From positions 34,812 through 98,811 of IMG/VR virus record IMGVR_UViG_3300025589_000004: DNA of 64,000 nucleotides, one strand, 5' to 3'. This stretch comes from a virus. Lineage: Duplodnaviria > Caudoviricetes. Of the stretch, positions 61,146 to 64,000 are shown piece by piece; positions within the stretch are counted from its first letter, which is position 1; each line of letters begins with the position of its first letter. A model generated the notes under the pieces. That model saw only the letters and a program-made list of their open reading frames with translations. It was not told the origin of the DNA and did not search any database. The position numbers and the translations under genes were made by a program.

Positions 61146-61182
61146 CTTTTTTAATTTTTAATAATAATATAAATAAAACAAA

Positions 61183-61536
61183 TTATTTTGTTATTTCAAA
61201 CAAGTATTTATTTTTTAAAACTAGTAATTCTTTATAATCACTCGGCACTGTTGTAACTATATCATGAATATTATTTATTATTGGAATAACATACCATAAT
61301 CTAGAATTGTTATAAAACTTATATGCTAAATATATCCATGTATCTGTTTTTTTGGGATTATATCGTAAACAATAAATATCTTTTGTTTTATCAGAAAATC
61401 TAACTTTTATTGCTTCTGTTAAATCAAAATATCTATAATTATCATTATCAGTTTTAATAATAAATTTGTTTTCAAGGTCAGATTTATTATAATTATATTC
61501 TAAATCATTAATATCTTTAAGATATATGTTTTTCAT
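61183..61536 (-). CDS. gp53: Baseplate wedge protein, LysM-like
   Basis: DTW..LAYKFYNNSRLWYVI..INNI.D. Confidence 0.75.
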   Translation of the reverse strand: MKNIYLKDINDLEYNYNKSDLENKFIIKTDNDNYRYFDLTEAIKVRFSDKTKDIYCLRYNPKKTDTWIYLAYKFYNNSRLWYVIPIINNIHDIVTTVPSDYKELLVLKNKYLFEITK

Positions 61537-61570
61537 ATTATTATTTAATAATTTTTATTATTTAATAATA

Positions 61571-62953
61571 TTATTTAATAATTTGTTTAAGTTTATTATT
61601 AATAGATTCTAGAACAGTTAATAACAAGCTTCTTAATTCTTCTGCTGTTGGTTGCATTTCTGGCTCATCTGATAATACATATAACATATTATTAAATGTA
61701 TTAGGAATAATTGATTGTATACTCAAATTAACTTTATAACCATCAGGTATAGTTATTTTATGATTTGCATCTGCGTTTTGTAATAGTGGTAATTCTAATG
61801 TATAATTTGATTTTGAATTTAAATATCTAATTTTACCAACTGATGATATATTACATTTCATTGTACATAAGAAATATGCTAAATATCCAGGTATTCTCAC
61901 TTGATACAAATTGCTAGGCCTGGCAATTAAACCAGATTGCATCCATAACATACCAGAAGTTAATGCAATAATAAATCTTAAATTTCTTTCAAAATCTGCT
62001 AAATTATAATTATATAAATAAAATTCAGCATTTAATTCTGGTGGTGTAGGTCCTATTCCATCTAACTCAAAACTTGGCTGAACTGGTATATTGAACATTC
62101 CACCCATCGTTTTTGATATAGTTTTACCTAATTTAACAAAAGTATTATCTTCTAATGAACCAAATGAATTAACATTCCAACCTTTACTGCCATCTGCTTC
62201 TATAAATGATATATTACTTTTATTGTCTTGCTGATATATTGGAATTTCAAATTGCCTTAAATATCGTCCATTTAAAAGATATTTGTAAAATAATAACGGT
62301 AATTTATAATTTAATAATAAAACATCATCTAATAAATCAGTAAATTTCTCTTTACCACTAATTGAGGTAGCAACTGAAGATAATGCTGTAGAATTAATTG
62401 TTGCTTGATTTAATAACTCAGCAAAGCCTTTTGGTGTAAATAGTTTTTTAACTTCGTTTACTACTTCTTTATTTCCAGTTATTGCTTCAAAAGCACCTTT
62501 ACCCATTGTTGTCCCCAATTCTAATGTAGACAATAAACTACTTGCTATACTGAAATATGAAGGTGCTGGCTCAAATTCAGTAATAATTATTCTAGGTGTT
62601 TTGTCTATATATTTATTATTATTTAATATAGCACTAAATATATTTTCTAGACTTTCTGTAAATTTACCAAATCTAGCTTTAAATGTTGGATTTTGTATTG
62701 TATTATATATAGGTTGAACTGATGTTACTGCAGAATTATCTGGAAACCATTTATAATCTTTTATAGTCCATGTTGTTTGTATTTTAGAATTGACAGCATC
62801 TTTGAAAATATTAATAGATTCATTGCTTATATCTTCAACATTTTTAAAAACGTTAAATCTTATATCTCTAATATAAGATGTTGTTAATTCTTTAAGTTTA
62901 TCTAAAAAATTAGATTCTTGTTCTTTTTCTGTATTTATATTCTGTTCTGCCAT
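61571..62953 (-). CDS. Putative baseplate/tail tube cap (gp48-like)
   Basis: F.LYN, PSNLYQVRIPG, IPDGYKVNLSI; position next to gp53. Confidence 0.45.
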   Translation of the reverse strand: MAEQNINTEKEQESNFLDKLKELTTSYIRDIRFNVFKNVEDISNESINIFKDAVNSKIQTTWTIKDYKWFPDNSAVTSVQPIYNTIQNPTFKARFGKFTESLENIFSAILNNNKYIDKTPRIIITEFEPAPSYFSIASSLLSTLELGTTMGKGAFEAITGNKEVVNEVKKLFTPKGFAELLNQATINSTALSSVATSISGKEKFTDLLDDVLLLNYKLPLLFYKYLLNGRYLRQFEIPIYQQDNKSNISFIEADGSKGWNVNSFGSLEDNTFVKLGKTISKTMGGMFNIPVQPSFELDGIGPTPPELNAEFYLYNYNLADFERNLRFIIALTSGMLWMQSGLIARPSNLYQVRIPGYLAYFLCTMKCNISSVGKIRYLNSKSNYTLELPLLQNADANHKITIPDGYKVNLSIQSIIPNTFNNMLYVLSDEPEMQPTAEELRSLLLTVLESINNKLKQIIK

Positions 62954-62992
62954 AATATATTATTTATATTTGTATTTGTTAATAATTATTAT

Positions 62993-64000
62993 TTAAATTC
63001 CTTGATTAAATGCAAATGCCATATTTTCTTTTTCGCTAAAAGAAATTGGATTATTATTATATTTATAATTCTGATTTGTAATATTATTATTTGGTATACT
63101 TGCAGGTTGAGATTCTGGATTTGTGTGTTTTTCTACTCTTGATAATTTATTTAATAACGCTTCTATTTTTTCTTTAAAATCTTTTTTATCAGCAATACTA
63201 TCTAATATTAATTTCTTTTGATTTTCTTCTAAACTATCAAATTTTGCTAATAATTCTGGTATATTTAATTCTCCTCTTAATAGTTTTAATTGTGTATTTG
63301 ATATATTATTAATATCCCCAACAAATTGTTTTTGTTCTATATCATAATTTTTTGTGGTACTTTCGATATATTTAAGTATTTCATCATATAATGTTTTTAA
63401 TTCTGGTTGATTTTGGTTTATGTTCGATACTCTTTTATTTATTTCTTCTTTTTGTTGTTCTAATAATTTAATTGAATTTGTTGTTTGCTCATAAAAATCA
63501 GAAAGAGCTTTTATTTGATATTCTTTTGGGAGATTTTTCAAATAATTGTTAATTGCTTCAATATATTCTTTTTCTCTTATTTCTTTTTTAGCTTTCATTT
63601 CTTCTTCCATTTGTTTATTTATATTATCAAGTAAACTAGATAAAGATGTTTCATCTTTTTTACCAGATGACCACCAATTTTTTATTCTTATCCACAACCA
63701 GTCAAAAAACACTTTAATTTTAGCAGGCAAATATGAAATCCATGTTGTAATATTATCTAATACTATCATTATATCTTTTAATAAACTATTTAATTCTAAT
63801 TTAAATTTATATGAAATCCAATCAATAAAACCACTCCATTTTTCAGTAATAAAATTAAATAATCCTTTAATAAAATTAAATCCACCAGTAATTAATCCAG
63901 TAAAATAATTTAATATATTATTTATCAATTTTGATAAAAACCCAACTACAAATCCAATAGTAAATACAACACGATATAATAATGTTGAACCAAATTCTTC
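62993..64000 (-). CDS. Probable tape measure protein, 3' part
   Basis: Frame is open to the window edge; periodic W/F amphipathic helices then coiled coil; upstream of baseplate genes. Confidence 0.55.
   Translation of the reverse strand, partial: EEFGSTLLYRVVFTIGFVVGFLSKLINNILNYFTGLITGGFNFIKGLFNFITEKWSGFIDWISYKFKLELNSLLKDIMIVLDNITTWISYLPAKIKVFFDWLWIRIKNWWSSGKKDETSLSSLLDNINKQMEEEMKAKKEIREKEYIEAINNYLKNLPKEYQIKALSDFYEQTTNSIKLLEQQKEEINKRVSNINQNQPELKTLYDEILKYIESTTKNYDIEQKQFVGDINNISNTQLKLLRGELNIPELLAKFDSLEENQKKLILDSIADKKDFKEKIEALLNKLSRVEKHTNPESQPASIPNNNITNQNYKYNNNPISFSEKENMAFAFNQGI

Noticed and set aside
590-63908. Antisense or overlapping ORFs in the track (e.g. 590..916, 4546..5031, 8122..8424, 24849..25247, 41283..41690, 58196..58567)
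   Set aside because: S/L/F/I-rich shadows of real genes on the other strand, with no motifs or RBS.
1-64000. Stop-codon reassignment
   Set aside because: Conserved genes are full length in code 11 and end in TAA, TAG or TGA; the breaks found are frameshifts.

Overview
This window is part of a very AT-rich (roughly 20% GC by eye) large T4-like myovirus genome, read in the standard code. Recognisable structural genes are the portal, large terminase, neck (gp13, gp14), tail terminator (gp15), sheath, tube, baseplate (gp5, gp6, gp53) and the end of a probable tape measure. They are scattered on both strands among replication genes: family B polymerase, gp32-like SSB, gp46, RNase H and an Hjc-type resolvase. 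Accessory genes include a sigma70-like factor, 3-4 glycosyltransferases, a gp42-like dCMP hydroxymethylase next to a second thymidylate-synthase-fold gene, a patatin, a radical SAM enzyme, a MoxR/vWA-peptidase module, two paralogous GH-A-like hydrolases and a frameshifted Mod-type DNA methylase. No tRNA, rRNA, CRISPR array or major capsid gene was seen. The main leads are: (1) strong enrichment of a hydrophobic-Ser-Gly/Ala motif in virion proteins, a candidate sequon for phage-encoded virion glycosylation; (2) a two-gene TS-fold cytosine modification module; (3) a 54% GC island at a strand-skew inversion inside the terminase gene; (4) a perfect 52-bp inverted repeat tied to repeated promoter cassettes; (5) TnpB-omegaRNA-like relics and micro-duplications that disrupt genes. 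All protein calls come from motif recognition by eye; no searches were run.
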